DNA of 63,622 bases, filler included, from Dirinaria sp. TL-2023a (Eukaryota), in the NCBI GenBank assembly GCA_051941275.1. It is 26 parts of 26 records of this genome, joined end to end, with 100 filler letters (N's around TTAATTAATTAA, not from the genome) between each part and the next. Parts side by side here need not be neighbours in the genome. Positions count along the whole stretch, not along the records: positions 51,628 to 53,954 come from JAVEBF010002317.1; positions 54,055 to 56,376 come from JAVEBF010002318.1; positions 56,477 to 58,794 come from JAVEBF010002319.1; positions 58,895 to 61,210 come from JAVEBF010002320.1; positions 61,311 to 63,622 come from JAVEBF010002321.1; 21 more parts are not named here. One strand, written 5' to 3'. Positions 51,628-63,622 of the stretch are shown piece after piece. Made by a program: the position numbers and the translations under genes. A model generated the notes under the pieces. The model did not search any database and had not been told where the DNA came from. It saw nothing but the letters and a program-made list of their open reading frames with translations. The first letter of the stretch is position 1. Every line of letters starts with the position of its first letter.

Positions 51628-53096
51628 ATTGGTGTCGTGTGAGAAATCAAAGTACAGTGTCTGATTAAGTGGAAATGTACGGGTATTGTTGTCCAGAGTG
51701 AGATTGGCTTGAGTGCCACCCGTATTGAGAACATGCTGTTGCAGACGAGCGAGCAGCTCTTGTACATAGGCAATGCCGACAGCGCGACCTGTTGGCGACT
51801 GGAAATAGTCATTCCCGGCGAAAGAAAGGTCAATTGAGTATTCGAAGCCAAGCCACTCTTGGTAGGTGAAGAGGTCGCAGAAGGCAGAGTACCCGAAAGC
51901 GACGGTTTCGTAAGGGCAGAGGGTTTGCGCACTGCGCCAGTGTCAGCATGGATCATTGACAGTGAATTTGCACTTACTTGTAAACATCGGATACATTCCA
52001 CGTAAAGCCGCCTGACAGAGCTTGAAAGCGCGCAGTGGCATTCTGTAAGTAGGTGTTCTCCCATATCTTGCTTGCGTTGGTGCCTCCCGCCGATACGCCC
52101 GCGTTGGAATTGTTGCAGTTGTCATACCCCGCAAGACTGTTGTTGAAGCCATTTCCTTCAATTATGACTTCGATCGTTGCATTGTTGGTCCAATCTAAAC
52201 CAAAAAATCCCGCCAGGAAATATTCCGCGCTCTTGAGCATGCGATCTTGTGTCGTCGTTCGCGCAATGATCTTGGTACTTGTATTGTAGAGGTGGCCGTA
52301 GTCATAGTAATGCAAGACGCCGGAATCGAACAGCCTATCAAAGATTAGCCAACGTTGCGCACATATGGAGAGCCCACTTACTCCTTCCGACCGACGGGGA
52401 CGAGTATCTCTGCACTTGATTGACATCAGACGAAGCTCAGGATACCTTCTTTGTACCATTGACCTACCCAAGCTTATACGTCCAAGTGTTCAGGAAGGAC
52501 AGAGCCCCCGTGAAATTGGCACCACCCGCCCGTGTGAGGTTTGCCAACGCTTTCCCAAAACCCACTGCTGAAGAATCGCTGGTCGGGTAGCGGCTTCCAT
52601 GGCGATGTAGGACATTGACGAGGCTGATATTCGCGCCGGCAGGCAGAGGATATTCGTTCACGCCAAAGCCACTTCAACAGTCAAACGGGTTCCTTGTAGA
52701 CCTAGGACAATGGTACCTAGGATTGGGGAAGTAGGGACTCAGCTGTCCCATGAGCTGGAAGATGCTCGCATTGGTCGTGTCGCCCACAATAGGCAAGGCC
52801 GTCTCTAAGGGGGTGTTGGGGACGAAGGATCTGGTGGTGCCGAACGGAGCTGGGTTGCTTTGAGCCAGGAACGGAGCGTCGCCGGTAGTCGTTGGGCCTA
52901 AGGTAGGTCTGTCAGTAATTCTATCTCCTCTTAGTTGTAACACATGACAGCTACCGGCATAGAGCTCTGGCGAAGTCTGGAAATACTGAGGGACTCCAGA
53001 GCTGCTAGAGGTGGTGGTGGTGGCCTGCCTGTTCTCGAGAAAAGCAGCATGGCCAAGAGCAATTAATGCCAGGGCAGGCAAGGTCGGAAGCAACAT
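51628..53096 (-). CDS. Secreted histidine acid phosphatase / 3-phytase, multi-exon (3'-truncated)
   Basis: Signal peptide, VPQYFQTSPELYAG, LHRHGSRYPT (RHGxRxP), LCPYETV, YFDFSHDTN (HD). Confidence 0.93.
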
Positions 53097-54284
53097 CCTG
53101 CAGCTCGATAGCGATCCTGGAATCGAAGATAATACGCCTGATAGCGAGCGGGGAAGCCCATGGCTCTTGTACTTGAAGGCCCCTCCCAGATCGCCGCCGG
53201 AGCAGCGATAGTGCTGAAGCTACTCCAACACATCCTGGACTGGGCTCGACTGGATGAGGAAGTTGTCGTCATCCTCGATCTGAGGGTGGGTACGTGGTGC
53301 AGGTACACTCACTACACTGTGATGCCTTCGCACTGGTTGTGTGTACTGAATCTGCGAGACACTTGGATGGGAGGAATAAGCAAGGGGGGAAAAAGACCCA
53401 ATGAAATTCCTCCGGTTGCCCACGCGGGTGCCACTAATCATTGTTAGGAAGGACAGGGGTCGCCCGTAGTCACTTCCCGCCTCGGCTCCAGACACTTTGG
53501 TACGTCAGAGCCACGGAACTGGTCAACTACACGTGGGCATCACCACCAAAGATATATGGTTCAACCTCTCCGCGGGACAAGCAAAAATCATAAGCACAAG
53601 TGTTTGCTCGATTCCACATCGGTCACAAAAGCGTACCTGACTCGTCATCGATGTGGATTGGGGGGAGGGCTTGGCAAAGCCGTCACTTGCCTGGTAGCAA
53701 TCTTCGAGGTGGTGTGATGAATAATATGTCGATTATCTGACAACAGGACTACCTATCCATCGAAGAGCGAGACCAGCTCATTAGATTGCTCACTCTTCGA
53801 TTTGCAAATAGGATAGTATCAGAAAATTCGAATCCAATAACATGCGACTTCCTCGCTTCAACAAGCAAGGCCACATTCAACCCCTTTTCTTTTGTGCATG
53901 CCACTCCGCCACCCACGCCTTCACAAACTCCATCTCCTTGAACTGCGTTTCCGCNNNNNNNNNNNNNNNNNNNNNNNNNNNNNNNNNNNNNNNNNNNNTT
54001 AATTAATTAANNNNNNNNNNNNNNNNNNNNNNNNNNNNNNNNNNNNNNNNNNNNCCCTTCCTATTTGTGTATACTCTGCTCATATGTGCCCGTTACCATG
54101 CCTTCCCATCCCCGCCGTTCGTTCCAATAGAGTAACAAAGAACTTTCACGGGGTCGGTTGCGTTCGAATCGATAATAAGCAAAGATATGCAGATATGCCT
54201 CCGAAATACATGCCGTTTTCGGCCTCGGAAAAAGATGGAGCAGAATTGAAAGAAGGGATCAAAAAAACAAATTTTTCGTAGGGC

Positions 54285-56012
54285 TCATAGGCTGTGGATG
54301 CTGCGTTTGCGATTCATGTTCAGCGTCGGGTCGCCGTGGTCGAGACTGTGCATGCCCCCGGGCAGCGAGCCGTCACGCAGTTTCAGTTTCTCCATCAGTT
54401 TGCCGATGAGGAAGTATTCCTGCGGGTCGACCGTGTTGACGGGTTGGTTCTGGAAGAAGGCCATCACCGTCTCCATGGCGCGCCTGGCTTCGTCCTGAGA
54501 CGGGGTTTGCAGCGGCGGAGCCATTGATGAGGGGCTCGATGACATGATCGGGGTCGTTTGGTGGGATGCTGGCTGGGATGATGGGTGCATGGTCGTATCA
54601 ATGCCCAGGGACGAGTCGTCCATCTCTTCCAGAGGAGACTCCAGAGTCGGAACCGCCATGGTGGATTGCGTATATCGAAGAGGCGGCGCCTCCGAACCGG
54701 GTTCGGGGACAAACGTACCGGCGCCAACGGCTGGAAATGTTTGGCGGCGAGGGCGGGAAGCTGCACTCGCAAGGCGTGGCAGACGACTGCTTTGTGAAGG
54801 TATCAGTGGGCTAGGCCCACAGCTTGAATCCGGTGAGAAGAATGGAGACGTTGGACTCCTCAGATCGGGCGAGAACGAGGTACTGACAGTCGTCTCTGAG
54901 TAACAGCTTATCAGGGAGGTGGCGCTTTCGGAGTGACTCGGCCGGTAAGTGGCTGAGAAATCCACGTATCCGTCGGCCTGTTCCGATTTAACAGCGGTAT
55001 CAGGAGAGGTCGGCGAGAGGGCATTCGGAGTCTCTGATCCAGAATTCGGATGGGTGTTGTGGATGCCAGGAATGTCTTCGCCCAAATCCATGTCGTTAAT
55101 ATCCGAAACGCCCGTTACAGGCTTGGCTCCAAGAAGAGAATTCTTCTGCTTGAATTTTTCCAGCCAAGCGGCACTTTTCACTTTGGCATGGCACTCGGAG
55201 CTGCCAACGGTGTGGGCGAAGAATCTGGCTTTGTCCCGAATCAGGTCATCGTCGAGTGGCAGACCTTGCTTTTGATGGTTCCTTGCCCAGATGGACAAGG
55301 CTCGCTCAATGTCTGGAAATTTACCTTTAGACCTTTTCAGGGACGATTGGCTTCCATCGTCTGCAGCTAGAAACTTTTCCTTCTGCCGCAGAACTTTGGA
55401 TACAGTGCTACGATTTTTCAGCATCAATTCATCGATCTAGAAATTGCAGTTAAATGTACCTTCGCTCCACACCGAAAATTGCTAAAGTCAAATCATTAGT
55501 AGGGAGCAAGGTGAAGACGAGTAGGCGGAAGGCTGAGACATACCACCGATTTCCGTCTGCTTGACATTGGGATACTCCTCGTGGTATTGACACATCTTTC
55601 TCCGGTCGTTGTCCGTCAGCGTCTTGCGAGCGTTTGAAGGGGCGGCATGTGGCGTTGGACCTGGCGCGGGTTCACTTGCGGTTGCGCTGGGGGGCTCCAT
55701 AGGGGAAACACTCGTCGCTGGCGCAAGCGGACGTGCCATTGGCATCGACGGCGGTGGAGGACCCTGAGACGGATTGGTGATCTGACTCGGCCATTGCGGT
55801 ACGAATTGCGGCCTCGGGGGTGAGTACGATGTGCCTTGCGGATGGTCATGCACCGAGTCGAGTGGAATATGCAACGGCGTGACGAAGCCAAAGCCGTTGT
55901 ATTCCTGGAGTGGGGAGTTATGCGTCGAGGTGCTTGAGACCTCGACCCAGTGATCCGACGCATAGTCGTCCAATTGCCTCAGCCCTGACGGTTGCTCAGT
56001 TTTCATGGCCAT
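54285..56012 (-). CDS. CENP-B/Tc5-type double-HTH DNA-binding protein without a DDE domain
   Basis: RKTLTDNDRRKMCQYHEEYPNVKQTEIG|..FGVER|STVSKVLRQKE; KGKFPDIERALSIW...WLEKFKQKN; two introns near 55410-55540. Confidence 0.88.
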
Positions 56013-56911
56013 TTTTGACAGTTGTCGGCGCAGGCGCGCTTGAGCGTGGAGAAGCTTGAAAGCGGGCCGTTGGCGCTTTCTATTGCAGGCACCGTGGTTC
56101 AGGCACGCACCCGAGCGCTGCGCAAGGAATACCGATGCCTTCCCCACGGCGACGGCAGCTCCTCGTTTCTGTCAGTGTCAATTATCCCGGTCGAATTGGA
56201 TGCGGGATTCTGCATGCACATATCTGAGCCTTGGTAAGCAGTGCTTGCAGGTAGCAGCGGAATTAGGCATGGTGGTACAAAGGGGACGCAGATCCCAAAA
56301 TTGGGGACCGGGGATCGCATACTTTTGTGTGGAGCAGAAGCGGTTTTTTGTTTAACGGGAATGACTGATTTGGGGGNNNNNNNNNNNNNNNNNNNNNNNN
56401 NNNNNNNNNNNNNNNNNNNNTTAATTAATTAANNNNNNNNNNNNNNNNNNNNNNNNNNNNNNNNNNNNNNNNNNNNGATGGAAATCTTCCGATGCTGACA
56501 TTTCCTTACCTAAGGTATTTGTCCTCGTAGCGAGATGATGAATATTGCCGGCAAGCAGTCGATATGATGGAAGCATTGCTAAGATTGTAGTCATCGCTGA
56601 TGTATCCCATTAATTGTGCTTCCCCTAGATCAAGGAACCTTCGAGACAATCTCTCCAGCTTTGTATAAAGCGACCGCTGTTCACGAATGAAGTATCTTCT
56701 CACATCTTTCCTCGCCTTTGTTGTAGCTCTCATACTCTACAACAACTATCCTAAGTTTACTCTGTTCAGCGCTTTCTTCCTTGAGCTTCCGCTCGGAAAC
56801 TATCTATCCATACAGTAGGCATCGGGTCTACTTCGCTTAAACCTCGAATTTAATTTTTTAGGCGTTCGCTCCATTACATCCAATCTATTGAATCCCCGCA
56901 AGTCAGCAAAT

Positions 56912-57927
56912 ATGACATCCATACGCGCAATTAAGCAAGTCTTTCTAGCCGTCGAGCAGTCCGAGGGTGCCGGTGCTCGAGTTCGCCGGTCCATTGGCAC
57001 CCCAAAGTTACGCAACTTCTCCCCTTTCCTGATGCTGGATCATTTCACCGTTTCTCCAGGAGCCGGATTCCCAGATCATCCACACCGTAAGTAGTCTTCC
57101 AGCGATGTTAGGTTGTGTTCTGACAAAATCCCGGAAGGCGGCCAAGAGACGATCACATACCTTCTCAAGGGCGCTGTGGACCATGAGGACTTTGCTGGGA
57201 ACGCCGGCACGATCGAAGCAGGGGATTTACAGTTCATGACGGCAGGGAGAGGTATTATGCACGCCGAAATGCCACGGCAGAATCTGGATGGCAGCCCCAA
57301 CGTGGGCATGCAATTGTGGGTTGACCTCCCTGAAAAGCTGAAAGCATGCGAGCCTCGATATCGGGACTTGAGAGCTAAGGAGATCCCTCAAATCGAAGTC
57401 GACGGCGGCAAGGCGAGTATCAAGATCATCTCAGGCCGAAGTCACGGCACAGACAGCGTGCAAGAACTGGCATACACGCCGGTCTGGATCTTTGACATTA
57501 CCGTCAAACCGGGTGGTAAGGTCACCCAGGAGTTGCCAATTGGGTGGAACGCTTTTGCATATACACTGGGTGGCGTTACACTCTTCGGTAGCAAAGGGAC
57601 TCAGCAGACGGTCGGGCCATACCATAATGTAGTGTTCGATCAGAAGGGAGACGCTGTATCCGCCGAAGTCGATCCAAGTGCGGAAGAAGATGGTAAATTC
57701 GGTGAGTCTTCCTTCGACTACCTCGAGTAAAAGAATTTGCTGACCGTTCGACATCAGTACTCGTTGCTGGTCTTCCACTGGATCAGAAGGTTTTCCAATA
57801 TGGCCCGTTCGTTCTCAACTCCCAAGAGCAAGTCTATCAAGCCATGCTCGATTATCAATCACATTCGAATGGCTTCGAACGTGCCGCTGGGTGGGAGAGT
57901 AAGATAGGCAAGAACATGGTGCATTAG
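56912..57927 (+). CDS. Pirin family protein (3 exons)
   Basis: EQSEGAGARVRRSIG, PFLMLDHF, GFPDHPHRGQET, MTAGRGIMHAEMP, QLWVDLP, QYGPFV. Confidence 0.95.
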
Positions 57928-58894
57928 AATTGATCAAGTAGTAGAAAAAGAGACAATGGTACAGCAATTGGAAAGCTGATGGCGTTCATGCATTAAATAG
58001 CGAGGTTCCTGGAAATAGTTGTGATTACTCGATTAGACTCTGCGAGACAGTTTCTCGCATCCTCTTTTCCCTATTTTTTGAATAAGGAATTGACTCTATT
58101 TCCGAAGATGCTCTATAGTCCCACAGCTCGAATTATGATGTTTGAGAGATTTGGTGGGTTGGAGTTCCTACGATCAGGTCCCATTCCTTGGCTAAGCTTG
58201 ATGATAAGGAGTACATTTTCATCTTCTTGAGAGATCTTGTGTGGGAGTCGATAGATCGCTAGCCAAGACTTTTTCTTTAGGTCTTGTAAATCTTGAGACG
58301 CGAGAGCTCGATGGAGGACATGTGCAGGCTTTGGCTAAATGTCAGAATGAATGTCAAAAAGGCAAAAAGACACAGAGCTTTCGATATCATGTTTGTTTTA
58401 GGAAAAATTTCAAGGTTTTATGCTCAACAGCTCTGAAAGGATTCAGCAGTGACGGCCATGTATGGTACCATACTTTGGCAGAGGGCTAACTTCACGCACG
58501 GCAGAAACTCATGGAAAAAGCGTACTAACAAAGCGATGATGAAATAGTCTACCATTGAAGCGCTATTATCGGATAGGGAAATCGTCAATGTTGCATCAGC
58601 ACAGGCGAAGGAGAAGCTATACAGGCACCACGAATAAGAAGACGGATCTAAAAAATGGACTTATGGCACAAGCAGACCTTCTTTCCAGCGCATGATATAA
58701 CATTTTGGGGTACTGCACTCTTAAAGATCGCATAACGATTGCCTAGAAAGTCTACAGTCTGCTGCCATCCAATCAGTTATCAGGCGAGTGGTGANNNNNN
58801 NNNNNNNNNNNNNNNNNNNNNNNNNNNNNNNNNNNNNNTTAATTAATTAANNNNNNNNNNNNNNNNNNNNNNNNNNNNNNNNNNNNNNNNNNNN

Positions 58895-59766
58895 CTCGTA
58901 CCCTTCATAACCCCGGATATGGACGCTATGTTGCAGACCGATGAAGTGAAGCCCGGAGTAAGATCTCTACCCTTTGCAAGTAGGGGCAAGAAAGCTGCGG
59001 TGATGAAGAACTGCGCAGTAAGGTTTGTCTGGAAAGTTTCCTGCCATTGCTCGGGCTGGCTCTGCATCAGGTGATCTGATATGCTCTGCGCAATAGAGAA
59101 ATCTGGTTTGCCAGCCTTCGAGAACCGCGTGTTGTCGTCTTTGGCGATTCCAGCTAACAATATTCAGCGCCGTTTCTCTAAGCATACCGAAAGTGGCTAC
59201 CATTGTTGACAAGGAGGTGGATTCCCTTTGATTCCTTGCTTGCAACTTCTTTGGCGAGGCGCTGGACGTCATCTTTGCTGCTAATGTCGCCGCTTTACAA
59301 AGCTTTTAGAGAGGACCCTATTGCATGTGGAGGTCACTTACGGGAGGCTGTGCTGATTAGCTAGTTGTCCGTTCTGAGGCACGCTCACTCACGCAACAAT
59401 GTTCCCTGGTCCAGTATTGTACAATTGGACGACATTGTCAAGTGCTTCGGCACGTCGTCCAGTGATGTAGACCTTCGCGCCGTTCGAGACCAGGGCCTGA
59501 GCTACAGGCCATCGCTTTCAGCTTGGGTTCTCCTCAGTATCACAATCGCATGGTGCTTCCATACTAATCATTAATCCTATGCCGGTACCTCCACCTGTAA
59601 CGACGCATGAGAATCCAGAGACATCAAAGAGCTTGGAGGTTTTGAGCTCCTCATTATCCTTTTTGCCGGTTGCCATTGTCCTAGTGGTGAGCCTTGACTG
59701 AGCTGTTAATGCGATTCGCAACGGATGAGATATTCGAACAGGCGTGCTCGTTAGCAGTCTGAACAT
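58895..59766 (-). CDS. Short-chain dehydrogenase/reductase with a possible mitochondrial presequence (3'-truncated)
   Basis: VVTGGGTGIGLM, NGAKVYITGRR, HLLVNN|AGIA, FQTNLTAQFF, NIASISG; several introns. Confidence 0.9.
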
Positions 59767-62122
59767 TGCAGACAGGATCGTTGATGGGCTGCGCAATATG
59801 TACATGTAAGGTACCTTAGTACTTAGTGTTGGTTTTGCCGCCAGTCAATGACGTTTGAGGACTATGACGTCGAAATTAGGGGCTACAAATTTTCGTTCGA
59901 AACAACATTATGATAATTTCCTTTCGAGCGAAGATGATTGAACAGATGTTGAAAACAGGATATACTTCGACATAATTCTGTTTGTAGCGTCCTCCATGGT
60001 GGTCTGGGAAATGAAAAAGTGGTTTCGTTCGCTGTCGTTGTCACGACTACGCCTAGTAAGTCCGTCAATCTGAGCTGAACTACTTTGACAAAGGAGTCAA
60101 GCACCTTTGATATTGGTTTTCCACATGGGCCAAATCGCACTACATTTGGATGAGAAGTTTGCGCAGCTCACGATCCCACTTCGAACGAATTATGGCCCTC
60201 ACGTATGCAAAATGCAGGATCCCATGCCATTAATGCTTTGAAAGATCTCTTTGATTGATGCACCCAAGACAGGCGGTGCTTGGCCTTAATGCATAGATCG
60301 TATGTCATACGGAACGCAAGCCCAGGTGAAAATCATTTCGTACTATTGAATTAGTCCCAATACGCAGTCCTACCACCTGGTAAGATTGAACAGCCATCTA
60401 CTTACCGTCTGGGGCCAGCTATACATGACCATTGTCCCGTTTGAATCCCAGGAAACAGCAATCGCCCTTCGCCTCCTACTTATGGATAGCGATTCACGAT
60501 TTGCGCATCAATCATGCTTCGACGAATCCCACTTCTTGATGGCAGCAATGGCATCCCCGTTCGTTCGTGCAATCATTTCGAAAGACCATCAAAAACCCTT
60601 TTTGGCTATTGAGAAGTAAGCGGTATGCTGCACCCCATCGAATAAGGGGTTTCCAGGTGCGAGGATTAATTGGGCATTAAGCTCGGCAGACTCCGGCGCC
60701 CAAGGGAGCCGCGGGAACCTATTAAACCGGCAATTTCTCCTTCTTAGTCTTTCAATGCAGCACTTCCAACGCGCACGGTTCAATATCCACTCCAGTAGCA
60801 GCGTTCGAAGAGCGATTACGAACATGAATCAGTACGCCGGTAGGCCACTCAAAGAGATTTTAACGACCACTCTTGCCAGGGCATGGGATGAGGCAGGCAC
60901 AGCTCAGAATTACTCAAATTTTAGGGAGAATTGGGGTCTGAGCATCCTACGCAAATTGCCCCGAACCATGTTCATAAAGTTCGCCTGAGCAAATGGAGAG
61001 CTCTGTCGGAGAACAGCACTAAAACACCAAAACACAGTTGACCGATTTTTATTTCAATGCAATAAATATCGACCTTCAAAACAGATTAATCGTGGCAATA
61101 TTGCGCGACTATACGGGTCTCGTGTACATCTCTGACTCCCAGTAAATAAGTAAGCTGTCACCTCAGACATTACAGAGCCCAGCCCGTGACATAACGCTGC
61201 AGCAGCCTCCNNNNNNNNNNNNNNNNNNNNNNNNNNNNNNNNNNNNNNNNNNNNTTAATTAATTAANNNNNNNNNNNNNNNNNNNNNNNNNNNNNNNNNN
61301 NNNNNNNNNNCTAGAATAATGTACTTATGACAAGTGACGGCAGTTTGGCCGCAGATGAGATAAAGAACGGTGGCCTCCCCATGATGGCACTACGCTACAT
61401 CTAGTTAGCGCTAAGTACTTCCGTGGACCTTGCTTTACGAAGGACGATTTCACGAGATGACGATGAACTGATTCACCACGAAACGTGCCATCGTCAAATC
61501 GACAAACCGTTAAAATAGATTGAAGATGTTAGGGAAAAAATTTTTGAGGGCAGCAAAAGTGAAAGTAGTGATTTGCCAAAATCTCTTTCAGTACAACTCA
61601 GCTTTCTCTCAACTTCTACTTTCAACCAGGATTGAAATACACAGAACGATTTAGAAGCAGATCGGATTGATTAATTTGACAATGAACTTGATTTTCTTTT
61701 TTTCTTCTGTAAAGGCTGCGTTTGTTGAGATAGTTGGTGAGTGTCTGTTTTGCTCATCAACCTCGGGCACCCGGTGTCGGTTGGTTGAATGCGCCATATC
61801 CATTGTTTCTTGCGATGTGTGTCATAATCACACGCCTTCGAACTGCGTTTATAAAAGAGTTGTTCTTTTTTTTTCTCTCTCTTTCTTTTTTCGTTGTTCA
61901 TCGATCTAATATATATCCAGACTCACCAGCTTTATTGGTTCAACTGTTCATTAGGCTGATATATATCTAATCTCATCAAATTTGTCACTCTCATCAAGTT
62001 TCACTAATAATAACTCTATAGTCATTTCAATTTCATTAGACCTCTGACATACACACCACATTTTTCAACCATTTTAAATCTTTATTCTATATAATTAGAT
62101 TTAGAGGTATCACTTCGTCACC

Positions 62123-63031
62123 ATGGCTACACCTAAGCCTAACAAACCAAAAGCCGGATCAAACTCTGACAAGATTGACGCCGTGTACGATGCTGCGATA
62201 GCTGCAAACCGTCGTAGGATCGAGTATCCTTCACTCAACGAGAATTTAACAGCGGCCTACCAAAGAATGAGCCCCGATAGGCCAACGCCCGCCGATCCTG
62301 TCATCAGAGAGGAATGTCGGCAACTGATCGAAACCGAAGCGACGAAATGCGACGGAGACCGTCCTCTTGGAGATGACTTCATGATATTCGAAGAACTGAT
62401 CGGCCATGATCCCGATCACGGCGAAATGCTGAAAGCATTATACTGGCGGGGCCGCATCCAGACCGCCGTTCTCGACGTCTTCACCGTCTTGTGCAATCGC
62501 GGTTTCCTCGATCCAAACTGCTTGAGATTGCCGGTGACCTATTACAAAGTGTGCACACCTGTTGCAACGCTCACCTGGCTCTTGGACTGCTACGAAGGGC
62601 CACAGAAAGAGCACTTTCTCCACGAACCGAAGCCGTTCAGATACCATGATCAGGAGTTTTCAGGTCCTTTTGTCTGGCTGGCGACGATGATCCTGCGATG
62701 CTGCGCTGATATTGATAAAGTCCTCGAGACGATCACCGCCTGCGGATCCCTGGGCGAGCTGGATACAGAAGCGTTCGAAACCTGGAAGAAGTATACCACC
62801 ATGAAGCATTTCGAAGTCAACCCTCGCGAAATGGCGGGCGGGAATAGAATCGAGCCTGCAGAATTCGGGTTTTGGCTCCCTCATGGACTACTACCCTTGG
62901 GCGATATTGACGACGATGACGACGACGAGAAGTATGCATCGCTCGTGCGCGATCATATTCATATTTTCAATAATCGCATCGAGAGAGTTTTTCGAGATTA
63001 CTTCAATGTCTCACATGACGAGATGGTATAG
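62123..63031 (+). CDS. Hypothetical protein (302 aa, intronless)
   Basis: Complete ORF with CACCATGG start context; GC-rich against AT-rich flanks; TATAAAAG near 61850. No family recognised. Confidence 0.75.
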   Translation: MATPKPNKPKAGSNSDKIDAVYDAAIAANRRRIEYPSLNENLTAAYQRMSPDRPTPADPVIREECRQLIETEATKCDGDRPLGDDFMIFEELIGHDPDHGEMLKALYWRGRIQTAVLDVFTVLCNRGFLDPNCLRLPVTYYKVCTPVATLTWLLDCYEGPQKEHFLHEPKPFRYHDQEFSGPFVWLATMILRCCADIDKVLETITACGSLGELDTEAFETWKKYTTMKHFEVNPREMAGGNRIEPAEFGFWLPHGLLPLGDIDDDDDDEKYASLVRDHIHIFNNRIERVFRDYFNVSHDEMV

Positions 63032-63622
63032 CCTCGAGAGCAACGAAACAACAACAAAGCCGCCCTTTTTCTTCTTCTTCGATCGAGCAAAAAAACCCAA
63101 AAGCTGTCCGGCTGAAAGAAAGAGCGGCGAACTGAACTGAACTGGATCTGTGAAGTATACAACCCTCGCCCGATTTCTTTCACAAGAACGCCGCCCACCC
63201 TGATCCGAATACATCGCTAAAAACCTCACTAATTAACCATCATCAATCAGTTCCATCTCTACTTTATCGAGAGCGCTCATCCACATACACACCCTCGAAG
63301 AAAAAGAGGAAGAAGAAGTAAATCCTGAAAGAGCTATCTATCTAAAGTCCTCCCAGCTTTTTGAATAGCGAAATCAATTCGAATCGATGTGAATATTTCA
63401 TTTAGTCACCCAACACGGCCTATAAAATACACGTATGGCATGTAAGATAGAGTCCCACACTCCCCCCTTTATTCAACTTCTCTACTCCCTACTCCCCAAA
63501 AGCCCATCCATATACCAAAACCCACCCATCATCATTTCATCAAATCATCAATCCATCAGTTCATCAAACCGCTTTTCATCCCCTTCAAAATCCCCTTTCC
63601 CCCAACTATCCTATCCAAACCC

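Noticed and set aside
60300..60988. Short ORFs divergent from the SDR gene
   Set aside because: No consistent exon chain or recognisable motif.
2390..61310. Regularly spaced TTAATTAATTAA palindrome as a CRISPR-like or biological repeat
   Set aside because: Always flanked by exactly 44 N on each side; it is a concatenation linker.
1..63622. Gene cluster or synteny across the window (e.g. P450 + SDR + reductase)
   Set aside because: The genes lie on separate contigs ordered by length.

Overview
This window is not one locus. It is 26 unrelated short contigs (2389 to 2312 bp, in decreasing length order) joined by an artificial 100-nt linker (44 N + TTAATTAATTAA + 44 N), so adjacency across linkers means nothing. 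The DNA is from a filamentous ascomycete: introns are short, GT..AG, with CTAAC-type branch sites. A lichen-forming or related fungus is an inference only. Recognisable genes, many truncated at contig ends: a DUF3807-like protein, a thioredoxin-fold protein, a cytochrome P450 C-terminus, a GST pseudogene, a mucin-like surface protein, a DUF6594-like protein, a double-retropepsin protease, PEX6, DBP6, MCR1, RIP1 (Rieske), an E2/F-box fusion, a probable WetA, a phytase, a CENP-B-like HTH protein, a pirin, an SDR and several small secreted proteins, plus mutated retroelement relics. Best leads: (1) an intron-containing single-chain double retropepsin whose N-terminus is built from five phase-0 micro-exons, partly by tandem duplication of a 73-bp intron+exon unit; (2) a candidate -1 ribosomal frameshift (G_GGA_AAA plus hairpin) in a gene with a STAND-type N-terminal domain; (3) RIP-like mutation apparently at CpC rather than CpA; (4) an E2/F-box fusion; (5) a spliced antisense gene inside a putative LTR; (6) a recurrent intergenic TAAGGTA motif. 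Family names are from memory of motifs, not database searches. Single-base oddities may be assembly errors in these short contigs.
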